DNA of 56,667 nt. It comes from a virus. Taxonomy: Duplodnaviria > Caudoviricetes. The stretch covers positions 1 to 56,667 of the IMG/VR virus record IMGVR_UViG_3300020440_001567; one strand, 5' to 3'. Numbering within the stretch: the first letter of the stretch is position 1; every line of letters begins with the position of its first letter. The position numbers were made by a program, and so were the translations under genes. Positions 35,932 to 45,188 of this stretch are shown piece by piece. Under the pieces are notes generated by a model that was given only the letters and a program-made list of their open reading frames with translations, did no database searches and had not been told where the DNA came from.

Positions 35932-36262
35932 CGTATTCCCCTTGCTCTATGTTTTCTTTTTCTCTGTCTGCTATGATTTTGGCAACTTGCATTCTAGTTT
36001 CTTTGGGAAACATATCTTTGACGTCATCTGCTGTTGAGCCAAATTCCTTAACATATTCTTTAGCGGCATCGTCTACAAGATACATCCAAAGTTTCTGTGC
36101 TAATTCGTGATCGTATACGCCTTTAGTAATTTTTCTTTTTAAATTAGTAATGATAGGCATAAATCTACGTCTATATAGATCTTCGTTGTTCATGATGTAA
36201 AGGTCTAGTTCCCTTACTGCATCACTGTCTTCCGCTTCTAAAATAAACTCTTTGGCTCTCAT
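35906..36262 (-). CDS. Hypothetical protein with MRAKEFILE tag
   Basis: ORF; TATAAATA 7 nt upstream. Confidence 0.75.
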   Translation of the reverse strand: MRAKEFILEAEDSDAVRELDLYIMNNEDLYRRRFMPIITNLKRKITKGVYDHELAQKLWMYLVDDAAKEYVKEFGSTADDVKDMFPKETRMQVAKIIADREKENIEQGEYDVVKGTVS

Positions 36263-36269
36263 AATAACA

Positions 36270-36277
36270 TATTTATA
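36270..36277 (-). promoter_or_regulatory. T4-type late promoter TATAAATA (representative of >=13 TAAATA sites before genes)
   Basis: Exact TATAAATA; TAAATA also at 6767, 26375, 27293, 34049, 37328, 43035, 43993, 45673, 49288, 50651, 53227, 53929. Confidence 0.7.
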
Positions 36278-36278
36278 C

Positions 36279-36305
36279 TGGCCGGCCCACTAGGATTCGA
36301 ACCTA
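36279..36305 (-). pseudogene. tRNA 3' remnant (T-arm, acceptor 3' strand, CCA)
   Basis: TAGGTTCGAATCCTAGTGGGCCGGCCA; no D or anticodon arm upstream, where the sequence is coding. Confidence 0.6.
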
Positions 36306-36488
36306 TTCGGGTTGGTATTTAAATTCTAACCCTGCTTTATGACCAACATAAGGACCCTTAGGTTCATTCCTATAAAGTTCAATAGTCATGGCTGTTCCTT
36401 CGACCACAACTTTCATATATTTGTCGCTTTCGTTTAGAATTTCTGCGGGTTTTGATAAACCATTATTTGTACAAGTCAAGTCGATCAT
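36303..36488 (-). CDS. Small hypothetical protein
   Basis: ORF, ATGA-coupled; its TAG stop lies in the tRNA remnant. Confidence 0.65.
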   Translation of the reverse strand: MIDLTCTNNGLSKPAEILNESDKYMKVVVEGTAMTIELYRNEPKGPYVGHKAGLEFKYQPE

Positions 36489-36676
36489 TTAAGATAAACC
36501 GCCATTGTAAAAAGTCCTAATGTGTATATCATCAACCAAAAACTCATTTTAGTAAATGTAATTTTTTTTGTGACAGAATACCCATTATCTCTTAAACATT
36601 GTACATGGGCATCCATAGATTCAGCAGTGACTTTAACGTCTACTGTATGAATATTTTCTAGTTCATTATCAGTCAT
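36485..36676 (-). CDS. Small protein with C-terminal TM helix
   Basis: TTGACA promoter immediately upstream. Confidence 0.6.
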   Translation of the reverse strand: MTDNELENIHTVDVKVTAESMDAHVQCLRDNGYSVTKKITFTKMSFWLMIYTLGLFTMAVYLK

Positions 36677-36725
36677 ACTATTAATATAACATAGGTTTGG
36701 AAATTGTCAACCTTAAAAAAGTCGC

Positions 36726-37322
36726 TTAATTGTTGTATAATACTTTTGTTATTGCACCAGCAGTGATGCCAGTTGCTTTACATCTTACCCAAACAAAGTT
36801 TCCTGTGAAGTTTGCATAAAATCCTAGGGTGGATAGGTCAGGTGTTAGTCCTGATCCAGTTATATCAAACCAATCACTTTCGGTTGGGGTTGTTGCCAAC
36901 GAACCTTGCATTCTAAAATTTGCTGTGACCGGTACTGCATCAGTAATTTGGTAGGCTACCGTATGTACGCCGTCTGGTTGCGAATAGTATCCGTCGCCTG
37001 CAACCTTATCAGAAACTAATCCTGTCTGTGTAACCGTGAAATTTGTACTACCGTCTGCTGTTTCTTCATCGCCGTTATCCAACTTATTAATTGTTTCTGC
37101 AACGGTAAAGTGAGAACCGTCTGTTGCTACCGCTGTGATTGTAAAATCACCATTATTTTTTGATGTGCCTGATATTGTCACAATGTCATTTACAACTAGG
37201 TTGCCGAATCCGTTGTCTGAATCACTAACTTTCTTTTCAGTGGAATTGAAAGAAATAGTGGCTCTAGCGGAAACCGTCTCCATTGTGGTTTGCCCTATTA
37301 ATGTTGTGCTTGACTGTGCCAT
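36726..37322 (-). CDS. Probable virion structural protein (Ser/Thr-rich, beta-rich)
   Basis: True start MAQSSTT 5 nt after TAAATA; GDGYY...HTV...NFTGNFVWVR. Confidence 0.65.
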   Translation of the reverse strand: MAQSSTTLIGQTTMETVSARATISFNSTEKKVSDSDNGFGNLVVNDIVTISGTSKNNGDFTITAVATDGSHFTVAETINKLDNGDEETADGSTNFTVTQTGLVSDKVAGDGYYSQPDGVHTVAYQITDAVPVTANFRMQGSLATTPTESDWFDITGSGLTPDLSTLGFYANFTGNFVWVRCKATGITAGAITKVLYNN

Positions 37323-37326
37323 ACTA

Positions 37327-37632
37327 CTATTTATTTGTATCTTTTCTTTTGAATCGTGCTGTTTTAGGAACCAATCCGTACACTGCGGCAAGTTCTTCTG
37401 GATCCATTCCGTCTATTTTTGATATATCGTTGAACTTAACCTTGTACTTTTTTGCATCTGCTTCATTGTATTCTTCACAGTAACAATGATCTATGCCCAT
37501 GCTACTAATTTTAAGTGTGGATGTTTTTTCTACAGGTGAGCCAAAAAAATCCTTTTTGATAGTAGATTCAATCAAACTATGCTCATTGAAAATTTTTCTT
37601 TTTATTAACTTTTGTATTGTTTCTGCCTTCAT
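37327..37632 (-). CDS. Hypothetical protein
   Basis: ORF, ATGA-coupled. Confidence 0.7.
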   Translation of the reverse strand: MKAETIQKLIKRKIFNEHSLIESTIKKDFFGSPVEKTSTLKISSMGIDHCYCEEYNEADAKKYKVKFNDISKIDGMDPEELAAVYGLVPKTARFKRKDTNK

Positions 37633-38273
37633 GCTTTTACGTACCTTTTTACTTTGTCTATTATGTTTTTACTGACCATGTATATTGCCGATAACATTTT
37701 TTCATCTTCTATGTAAAAATATCCACCCCAACAATAATTTTTTGTTCCTGAAAGGAAATCTCTCAAAGTGTGTGACGCAATTTTTACCCTTTCATTATCA
37801 TATATTAGATTTGCTAGGGCAGTTCGTTCATGCGTTGTAATTTTTTTATGCAAGTATCCGTTTACATGGACCTGATATTCATATTTGTTATGTGGTAATC
37901 TTTTGCAAATTACTGTGTTTTTATCAATCAATTGTACATTATCTAGATCAACAGACTGCACATCATACAAATCATCCCAAAACGTTTTAATTGCAAACAT
38001 GGCAAAATCAAAATTACAATAGAATGAAACGTTTCCATTGTACTTCTTTCCTGTGTTGAATATGTTGTTATCAGTGGCTATCCTAAACTGAAACTTGTCT
38101 CTGTGTTCTAATAAAAACTTTGCCAATCTAATTTGATCTTGCTGTCCAGAGTGTTTCACTGTTCTAAATAGATTATCATCACTTGTAGGATATAATCTAA
38201 AAGCAAAGGGCATTGTAAATTTGCATTTGTGAGTGTATTTGCCGTAAAATAATCTGTTATGATGTTTTCGCAT
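37629..38273 (-). CDS. Hypothetical phage protein
   Basis: 214-aa ORF overlapping the clpA stop. Confidence 0.7.
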   Translation of the reverse strand: MRKHHNRLFYGKYTHKCKFTMPFAFRLYPTSDDNLFRTVKHSGQQDQIRLAKFLLEHRDKFQFRIATDNNIFNTGKKYNGNVSFYCNFDFAMFAIKTFWDDLYDVQSVDLDNVQLIDKNTVICKRLPHNKYEYQVHVNGYLHKKITTHERTALANLIYDNERVKIASHTLRDFLSGTKNYCWGGYFYIEDEKMLSAIYMVSKNIIDKVKRYVKA

Positions 38274-40584
38274 CTTTTTTCTCTTCGGTTGCTTTAATCT
38301 CTACTTTCTTTTTTTGTTTGAAATTAATTTTAATTTCTGGCACTACTCCATCACTCAAATCAACCTCAACCATACCACCTTCTTGCAGTTCACCAAAGAG
38401 AATCATTTTAGACAGTGGTTTCTTAATTTCATTTTCAATTATTCTCGTAAGAGGTCTAGCACCCATCTTAGCATCAAACCCTTTCTTAACTAGATAATCT
38501 ATAGCAACTGGTGTCGCATTTACCTCAACATTCTTTTCAATTGTCATTTGGTTCAGTTCTTGCAAGAACTTACCAACAATAGACTTGCATATCTCTGGAG
38601 CAAGTTTGCCAAATTTAACCACAGCATCTAATCTGTTCCTAAATTCAGGCGCAAAGAATTTTTTCATTGCATCATCGTCTGCACCTACTTTTTCTAAATC
38701 ACCGAAGCCGATATTATTCCTCTCCATGTCTTCTGCACCGAGATTACTAGTCAATATTAAAACTATATTTCTACAGTCTGCTTTCTTACCGTTACTACCT
38801 GTAATATTTCCGTAATCCATTACCTGCAATAGCATATTTGAAACATCTCTGTGTGCCTTTTCTATCTCATCGAAAAGCACGACTGCGTGTGGATTCTTCT
38901 CAATCTCATTTACAAGCATTCCACCACCCATGTGCGAATCTTCATAACCCACGTATCCCGGAGGAGATCCAATAAGTTTTGCAATTGAATGTTTCTCTTG
39001 GTATTCAGACATATCAAATCTCAAAAGTTCAACACCCAAAGTTTTTGCCAAAGATTTCGCAGTTTCAGTTTTACCTACTCCTGTTGGTCCTAAGAATAAA
39101 AATGACCCAACAGGTCTATTTAGACTTTTAAGTCCTGCTCTAGCCACAAGTATTTTGTCTACTATTGTGTGTATGGCATTGTCTTGTCCAAACACTGACA
39201 GTTTCATTTTATCTTCTAATGTTTGTAAGTTCTTAGATTCTTTTTTGCCTAACTGCTCGATTGATATTCCAGTAAGTTTAGATATTTCATGTATAATTTC
39301 ATCATGATCAATCTTTCCATCTTTTACACCATTTAATTTTAATCTTGCACAGGCACTATCTATAACGTCTATTGCCTTATCTGGTAATTTTTTCTCTGCA
39401 ATAAATTTAAAGGAATAATCAACTGCGTCTTCACAGGCCTCGTCTGTGATTGTGCATTTATGGAATTTTTCATAGTAATGTTTAACACCTTTAAGTATCT
39501 TTATTGTGGTTTCAGTGGTAGGTTCACCGATTTGCACACGTTGAAACCTACGCATGAGTGCCCTATCTTTTTCAAAATATTTTCTGTATTCTTCCCACGT
39601 TGTAGATGCAATAACTTTAATGGATCCTTTTGTTAAGATAGGTTTCATTAAGTTTGCAAGGTCTAATGCACCACCATTAGTGGTACCAGCACCAATCATC
39701 ATATGTGCTTCATCCACGAATAGTATGCCCTTTTCTTTTTTATCTAAGGCGTTCAAAATCATTTTAAATCTTTCCTCAAAGTCACCTCTATACTTTGACC
39801 CTGCTAATAGACTACCCACGTCCAGTGAGTATATTACATGATCCTTAAGATATTCGGGAACATCACCTTTATTTTTTGCTATACGTCTAGCAAGTCCTTC
39901 AACAACTGCTGTCTTACCAACACCAGGATCACCAACAAGCAGGACATTATTCTTATTCCTCCTAGCAAGTATTTGTTTTAACTGATCTGATTCCTCTTCT
40001 CTTCCGATAACTGGATCTATCTTTTTATCAAAATATTTTTGATTCAAGTTTTCTGTGTAATGCTTCAGTATCCTATCTGCTTGATTCGGTCTTAGTTTTT
40101 GTTCTGGTCCTGCTTGGCCACCCATTGGTGCCATTCCCTCATCTAGTATAGTTTCTGCACTAATTAAATCTTGTAAATCTTCTCTATCAATTTTGTACAA
40201 TTTTAAGAAGTATGCCGCATGACTTTTCTTTTCAGCAAATATGCTTAATAGTACATCTAAAGCAGTGACATCTTGTCTCCCTTGGAATAATGCCTGAGTA
40301 AATGCTCTATTCATCAATCTTTCTAACGAGGCTGTTTTTCTAGGAGTAAATTTTCCATCTCCTTTGAATACAATGTCTCCGCACTTGTCATTTAGATATG
40401 TTTCTACGTCTCTAATTAGAGCAGATACATTCACTTTGAAATCATGCAATACTGTGCCAACATTTTTGTCTTTGATCAATGCCAACAACAAGTGTTCGAT
40501 AGTCACATACTCGTGGTTTCTCTTCTCTGCTTCTTTTACTGCATTTTCAAATATATTTTCTAAGCCTTCGTTTGCGTCTAACAT
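38257..40584 (-). CDS. clpA: ATP-dependent Clp protease ATP-binding subunit ClpA
   Basis: Clp N-domain HEYVTIEHLL, GDPGVGKT, KYRGDFEER, GPTGVGKT, DMSEY, LIGSPPGYVG, IGF ClpP-binding loop, GARPL. Confidence 0.93.
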   Translation of the reverse strand: MLDANEGLENIFENAVKEAEKRNHEYVTIEHLLLALIKDKNVGTVLHDFKVNVSALIRDVETYLNDKCGDIVFKGDGKFTPRKTASLERLMNRAFTQALFQGRQDVTALDVLLSIFAEKKSHAAYFLKLYKIDREDLQDLISAETILDEGMAPMGGQAGPEQKLRPNQADRILKHYTENLNQKYFDKKIDPVIGREEESDQLKQILARRNKNNVLLVGDPGVGKTAVVEGLARRIAKNKGDVPEYLKDHVIYSLDVGSLLAGSKYRGDFEERFKMILNALDKKEKGILFVDEAHMMIGAGTTNGGALDLANLMKPILTKGSIKVIASTTWEEYRKYFEKDRALMRRFQRVQIGEPTTETTIKILKGVKHYYEKFHKCTITDEACEDAVDYSFKFIAEKKLPDKAIDVIDSACARLKLNGVKDGKIDHDEIIHEISKLTGISIEQLGKKESKNLQTLEDKMKLSVFGQDNAIHTIVDKILVARAGLKSLNRPVGSFLFLGPTGVGKTETAKSLAKTLGVELLRFDMSEYQEKHSIAKLIGSPPGYVGYEDSHMGGGMLVNEIEKNPHAVVLFDEIEKAHRDVSNMLLQVMDYGNITGSNGKKADCRNIVLILTSNLGAEDMERNNIGFGDLEKVGADDDAMKKFFAPEFRNRLDAVVKFGKLAPEICKSIVGKFLQELNQMTIEKNVEVNATPVAIDYLVKKGFDAKMGARPLTRIIENEIKKPLSKMILFGELQEGGMVEVDLSDGVVPEIKINFKQKKKVEIKATEEKKDAKTS

Positions 40585-41039
40585 TATTCCTCCTTATTAA
40601 ATTTCATTCCGTCGTGTGGTCCTAAACCAAATTTATCACGTAAGTCATTCATAATCATGAACGCCCACATATGAGCGTCTTTGTGCGTGACCTTATAATC
40701 ATAGTTTTTTGGTTCTTCAAACATTTTATTTGTATCTTCGAATCTTCCTTCTTTTATTGTGTCCATCCAAACAATATAATCCGCACCAAAGTCTTTACGT
40801 GTTTGTTCGGTAGGACAAACAAAATCCGCCACAACGTTTCTATTATTTTTTTTGTGCTCCAAAGCATAACTTTTCATTCTGTCTGCTTGTCTTGTTCTCC
40901 CTGTCTCAGTAAAATCCCAATCATTCAATTCTTTTCTTACTGCGTCACCGTTCAAGTGCATAGCATTAAGTCGAGGAACAAGCACTTCTGCTAATGTTGT
41001 TTTTCCTGATCCTGGTAGTCCCATAATTAACACTATCAT
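40584..41039 (-). CDS. Adenylylsulfate kinase-like P-loop kinase
   Basis: GLPGSGKTT, LNGD.VR, DF...R..Q; start MIVLIMG. Confidence 0.75.
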   Translation of the reverse strand: MIVLIMGLPGSGKTTLAEVLVPRLNAMHLNGDAVRKELNDWDFTETGRTRQADRMKSYALEHKKNNRNVVADFVCPTEQTRKDFGADYIVWMDTIKEGRFEDTNKMFEEPKNYDYKVTHKDAHMWAFMIMNDLRDKFGLGPHDGMKFNKEE

Positions 41040-41548
41040 CTTTCCTTTACTGATGCTTTCTTTTTTGCCATATCCCATCGCATTTTACTGACACGTTGAT
41101 CAAATGTAATGCCATCTAGATGATCTAACTCATGTTGAAAACATTTTGCTTCGTATCCATCTAAATGTTGCATCATTGTCTCTCCTTTTAAATTTTGCCA
41201 CCTTACTGTTACTCTCTCCGGTCTAAGAACTTTTACAAATAAACCTGGAAAACTTAAACATCCTTCAACATTTAAAGTTTTTTCTTCACTTTCTCTAACT
41301 ATCGACGGATTCCACATTATAACAGGTTTTTGTATCTTGTCAAATGACTCACTGCCTATTGCGAAAAATCTTTTAGTAATACCAATTTGGTTTGCCGCCA
41401 ACCCGATACCATTTGAGTGTACCATTAAATTGCACATATCTTTTTCAAATTTTTCTAAATCCTGGTATTGTGGTAATCCTTCTTCGAAGTCAAATTCCGT
41501 ACTTTTTTCGTGTAAAGTTTTGTAGGGATTAATAAAAATTTGTATCAT
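41036..41548 (-). CDS. def: Peptide deformylase
   Basis: GIGLAANQ, EGCLS, QHELDHL. Confidence 0.95.
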   Translation of the reverse strand: MIQIFINPYKTLHEKSTEFDFEEGLPQYQDLEKFEKDMCNLMVHSNGIGLAANQIGITKRFFAIGSESFDKIQKPVIMWNPSIVRESEEKTLNVEGCLSFPGLFVKVLRPERVTVRWQNLKGETMMQHLDGYEAKCFQHELDHLDGITFDQRVSKMRWDMAKKKASVKER

Positions 41549-42396
41549 AGATCCTTTATTTTTTTTAACTCCTGTGCTGACAACTGAGGAATCAAAACAT
41601 TTATTTTAACAAGTATGTTTCCACGTATATTTAACGCATCATGCACCGGCATTCCTCTCCCTTGTACATTTAAGTACGTGCCTGGTTGTGTGCCTGCAGG
41701 AACTTTTACCCTAACAACATTTTCGTCTAGTAATCTTAGTTTGATTTCACAACCTCTAATTGCTTCGAAACAGTCTATGGTCTTTTCTGTGTAAAGGTCA
41801 TTTCCTTTCCTTGTATAACCATCAGAGTCCAAAACATTTACAACAAGAATAAGATCTCCTCGTTGCACACCTGGATCACTATTGTCACCAAGTCCTTTAT
41901 ACTTAAAACTTGCTCCGTTTTGACAGCCTGCTGGTATTGATACATTTATAATTTCTTGTTTACCGGAGGGAAGGTTGACACTTATTGTTCTTTCAATTTT
42001 ATTAATTACTTCCTTAATTGATACAGTGATGCCAATTTTTACAGATTGATTTGTCGAAGGTCTTCTCCTACGAGTTCTCGTTCCTGTACGAGGATTTAAT
42101 CCAAAACCACTGAAGAATTCTTCAAACATTTCATCACCAAACATATCTCCCATATTGCCAGATCTAAAATGGAAGTTGCCTCCGGATCCAACGTTGCCAA
42201 ATTTTCTTAGTGTTTCATATTCGTTTCTTTTTTCTTCATTTTTTAATGTATCATATGCTTCGTTTATTTCTTTGAATTTCTCGGCATCCCCTCCTCTGTC
42301 AGGGTGATGTTTTTTTGCAAGTTCTTTAAATGCAGAATGTATTTGCTTATTATCCGCATTTTCAGATACACCAAGAATTTTGTAATAGTCCTTCAT
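41545..42396 (-). CDS. dnaJ: DnaJ/CbpA-type co-chaperone (no zinc finger)
   Basis: DYYKILGV, HPD, G/F-rich linker, C-terminal domain; TTGACA...TAAAAT promoter upstream. Confidence 0.9.
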   Translation of the reverse strand: MKDYYKILGVSENADNKQIHSAFKELAKKHHPDRGGDAEKFKEINEAYDTLKNEEKRNEYETLRKFGNVGSGGNFHFRSGNMGDMFGDEMFEEFFSGFGLNPRTGTRTRRRRPSTNQSVKIGITVSIKEVINKIERTISVNLPSGKQEIINVSIPAGCQNGASFKYKGLGDNSDPGVQRGDLILVVNVLDSDGYTRKGNDLYTEKTIDCFEAIRGCEIKLRLLDENVVRVKVPAGTQPGTYLNVQGRGMPVHDALNIRGNILVKINVLIPQLSAQELKKIKDL

Positions 42397-42442
42397 GTAC
42401 TATTATTTTACAGCAGAACTGTTTTTTGTCAATGATTGGTAA

Positions 42443-42784
42443 TTATTTTTTATTGTGTTTTTGTATTTCGGTCTTCTTACCATTTACATATAGACCAAAC
42501 CAGGCCGCACCAGCACCAACTACAACTGAGACTAAACCAGCCTGTGCGTTGTTAGGATTTTCTAGTGCCATAAACCAAGTAACAACTTCATAGAATGCAA
42601 AACCATACAATATCATCATCAATCTTGGTACGGTTCTCCAGTTAGATAAAAATTGAGGCAGTTCTTCTTTTAGGAAATACCAAATTTTTTGTAATGCATT
42701 CCAAGAAGAATCTTTTGCAGTGTGATAAAATGTGTTTTGTGAAGTCTCTTTAGATATAAGTTTGTCTTCTTTTAAATCAGCCAT
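42443..42784 (-). CDS. Putative holin (2 TM)
   Basis: Two TM segments plus basic tail, at the end of the lysis cassette. Confidence 0.5.
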   Translation of the reverse strand: MADLKEDKLISKETSQNTFYHTAKDSSWNALQKIWYFLKEELPQFLSNWRTVPRLMMILYGFAFYEVVTWFMALENPNNAQAGLVSVVVGAGAAWFGLYVNGKKTEIQKHNKK

Positions 42785-43026
42785 TAGTGTCTATGCTCCT
42801 TTAATTTTTTTTCTATTTCATCTAGTCTTTTTTTCAATGCAGGAAATTTAGCCATTTTCTTTTCTTCTTCGGACAAAATCTGTATGTCATATCTTTTTGC
42901 CGCCCAATTATACCATTGGTCAATTTTGTTATAAAACCATACACCTGCTTTTGTCTTTTTGAACCAAGTGTTAGTAGCCTGTCCTAAGATGCTACCGGCT
43001 ATTGCTTTCATTATAAAGAACCACAT
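42784..43026 (-). CDS. Small hypothetical late protein
   Basis: TAAATA 8 nt upstream. Confidence 0.65.
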   Translation of the reverse strand: MWFFIMKAIAGSILGQATNTWFKKTKAGVWFYNKIDQWYNWAAKRYDIQILSEEEKKMAKFPALKKRLDEIEKKLKEHRH

Positions 43027-43068
43027 AATGTACGTATTTATCCTATTCCAATATTATTGCTTTATTGA

Positions 43069-43527
43069 TTATTGCTTATTGCTAGAGTCTTCATAGTACT
43101 TCTTGTATTCTTCAAGCAAGTTGTTTGTTTCCTGTAATTTGGCACGTATCTGTGCAAAGTTTTTGGAGAGTATTTCAAAATCTTTATCTGTAAGTCCAAA
43201 CAACACAGGATCAATACCTGCTTCCTCTAATTTCTTGAATACTTCTTGAGCATTTTCACTTGTAATGACTATCCAACGTACTTTTTCTAAAGTTAGTGCG
43301 TCAGGCATCGGATAATCTAATTTTTGCCTTGGCTCTTCTACCTGGAATATTTTAATCTTTTTTTCGCCGCCTATTGAACAGCCGGTTAATGCAACAATAA
43401 TTAAAACAAGTAATGCCCCTTTTATAAATGATATCCAAGACACGGCATACCAACTAACGTTTAATTTTTCCTTCCACCAGTCTATCTGGGAATTATGCCA
43501 TTTAATAAATCTATTCATAAGGTACAT
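43069..43527 (-). CDS. Putative o-spanin lipoprotein
   Basis: Hydrophobic stretch with lipobox LTGC; overlaps the i-spanin gene. Confidence 0.65.
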   Translation of the reverse strand: MYLMNRFIKWHNSQIDWWKEKLNVSWYAVSWISFIKGALLVLIIVALTGCSIGGEKKIKIFQVEEPRQKLDYPMPDALTLEKVRWIVITSENAQEVFKKLEEAGIDPVLFGLTDKDFEILSKNFAQIRAKLQETNNLLEEYKKYYEDSSNKQ

Positions 43528-43984
43528 AACTTGGATTTGCTAACGCCGGACACTCCGGGTTAATCTCCGATTTCTTTGTTGCTTTTAATTCTGCTTCTGT
43601 GTGTTTTGCACCGGAAGCCAATTCTAAACATCGTGCGGCATTGTCACCACCTTTGTTTATAATTCTTTCAATAACTTTTGATTTCTCAATAGCAATTTTT
43701 CCTATATCTCTTTTGCCTTTGTTGAATCTTTTATCTAGTTCGTCCATATCTTTTTTCAATGTGTTAATAAGTTTATTCAATTGTTTATTAGACTCAAGTA
43801 TATCATCAAAGTCTTTCTTTTGTTTTTGAAGTAACTGCTTTTGTGATTCAACTGATTGTTCTAGTTCTATCTGATTTGCTTTTAAAATAGCATTGTCTGA
43901 TCTCAATTTCATTACATACATTCCAGCACCGGCTATACCACCGATGATGACTAGAGTCATTGCCATTTTTAAATATCCAAACAT
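43511..43984 (-). CDS. Putative i-spanin (Rz-like)
   Basis: N-terminal TM plus long coiled coil with C-terminal Cys; follows the endolysin. Confidence 0.7.
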   Translation of the reverse strand: MFGYLKMAMTLVIIGGIAGAGMYVMKLRSDNAILKANQIELEQSVESQKQLLQKQKKDFDDILESNKQLNKLINTLKKDMDELDKRFNKGKRDIGKIAIEKSKVIERIINKGGDNAARCLELASGAKHTEAELKATKKSEINPECPALANPSYVPYE

Positions 43985-43995
43985 AATATACGTAT

Positions 43996-44460
43996 TTATT
44001 CTATCAAACCTGGCTTATAAACAGTTTTGCCATTTTCCTTCATAGCAGTAAGCACAGATTTTCTATTCCCTTCTGCTTTATATGATACATGAACCCAACC
44101 CGAGTCTGGTATGCCCGGCGTATAAAATTCTAAAATTAGTTGGTCGAAATCAAGTTCGTCCTCTATAAATTTTGCAACTTCCCAATTTGGAACTCCTGGA
44201 CACTCTATATCAACTGCCTCACCTTTGCAGTGTTGTGATTTAGATGAACCACCAACTGCTTCATTCAAAGCAGGACCTCTGTATCCACTGTTGATCACAG
44301 TAGGACCAAAATGATTCCTCACAGGTTGAACTACATTGGCAAATAATAATTTTGCTTTTTCTAAGTGTTCTTCGTTAGGTGTGTTGTCTATACCTTGCCT
44401 TAATGCTGTCTGGCTTTTAGTATATTCTGTAAGTGTGAAATTTTCTGATAACCTTACCAT
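43996..44460 (-). CDS. Peptidase M15 family endolysin
   Basis: LSENFTL.E, INSGYR, SQH..GEAVD, WVH. Confidence 0.88.
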   Translation of the reverse strand: MVRLSENFTLTEYTKSQTALRQGIDNTPNEEHLEKAKLLFANVVQPVRNHFGPTVINSGYRGPALNEAVGGSSKSQHCKGEAVDIECPGVPNWEVAKFIEDELDFDQLILEFYTPGIPDSGWVHVSYKAEGNRKSVLTAMKENGKTVYKPGLIE

Positions 44461-45188
44461 TCGTGCTTCGATACCTCACATGATTTATTGTTCTTTGAAA
44501 ATATAAATGAATCATTACTTGTTTTAGTAATATTATATGGTCCGAAGAATTTTGTGAGATACACACACTCTGACATTGAATCACTATCTATCTTGAATGC
44601 TTTTACTTCTTTAAGTACCGATTCTGTGTCGCCCCATGCTTTTAGTTCGAATTTTAAATTTTGTTTACCTTTTGATATATTAATTAAATTGTTGTCCATT
44701 TTGAATTCCATTAAATTAAATTTATCAAAAAAATCTTTAACTTCTCCGAGTTTTAATTGACTGATTTTTTGCATATACATTTCAGGATTCCTTGGAAGAA
44801 TACTATTTAAATTTGATCTACTTGCTTCATAAACTTGGGGTTTTTTATGGTATGTGAATTCCCAAATAGGAATATTACAAAGTTTACCTAGGTCTTCTAG
44901 GAAATCACCGATGTGGTTGTCACAGTCTTCTGTCCTAGCAAACTCTACAAAAACTCTATGTTTCCCGTCTTTCATTGAACCAGGAGTTGCGTCTGCATCT
45001 AGTACTTTTTTGTATCCTTTTTCTGCAAATCTTTCTAAATCTTTTGCAGGTGCTAGACTGTCTACAACAAATGCCAAGACAAGAACGTCCTTGTCTTCGC
45101 CCATTTTTGATTTATACTTGTCTACTTCAAATCTCTTTGAAACAAGACCTTCTAAATCGCCTGCTTTAAGTCCTTCAGTAAGTTCCAT
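44454..45188 (-). CDS. Hypothetical phage protein
   Basis: 244-aa ORF, TAATG-coupled. Confidence 0.75.
   Translation of the reverse strand: MELTEGLKAGDLEGLVSKRFEVDKYKSKMGEDKDVLVLAFVVDSLAPAKDLERFAEKGYKKVLDADATPGSMKDGKHRVFVEFARTEDCDNHIGDFLEDLGKLCNIPIWEFTYHKKPQVYEASRSNLNSILPRNPEMYMQKISQLKLGEVKDFFDKFNLMEFKMDNNLINISKGKQNLKFELKAWGDTESVLKEVKAFKIDSDSMSECVYLTKFFGPYNITKTSNDSFIFSKNNKSCEVSKHEW

Noticed and set aside
36279-36355. Complete tRNA gene
   Set aside because: No complementary 5' acceptor strand, D-arm or anticodon arm; the upstream sequence is coding
40584-41039. Sulfate-assimilation pathway (cysC)
   Set aside because: Only a short APS-kinase-like P-loop protein is present, with no sulfate adenylyltransferase or reductase in the window; substrate uncertain
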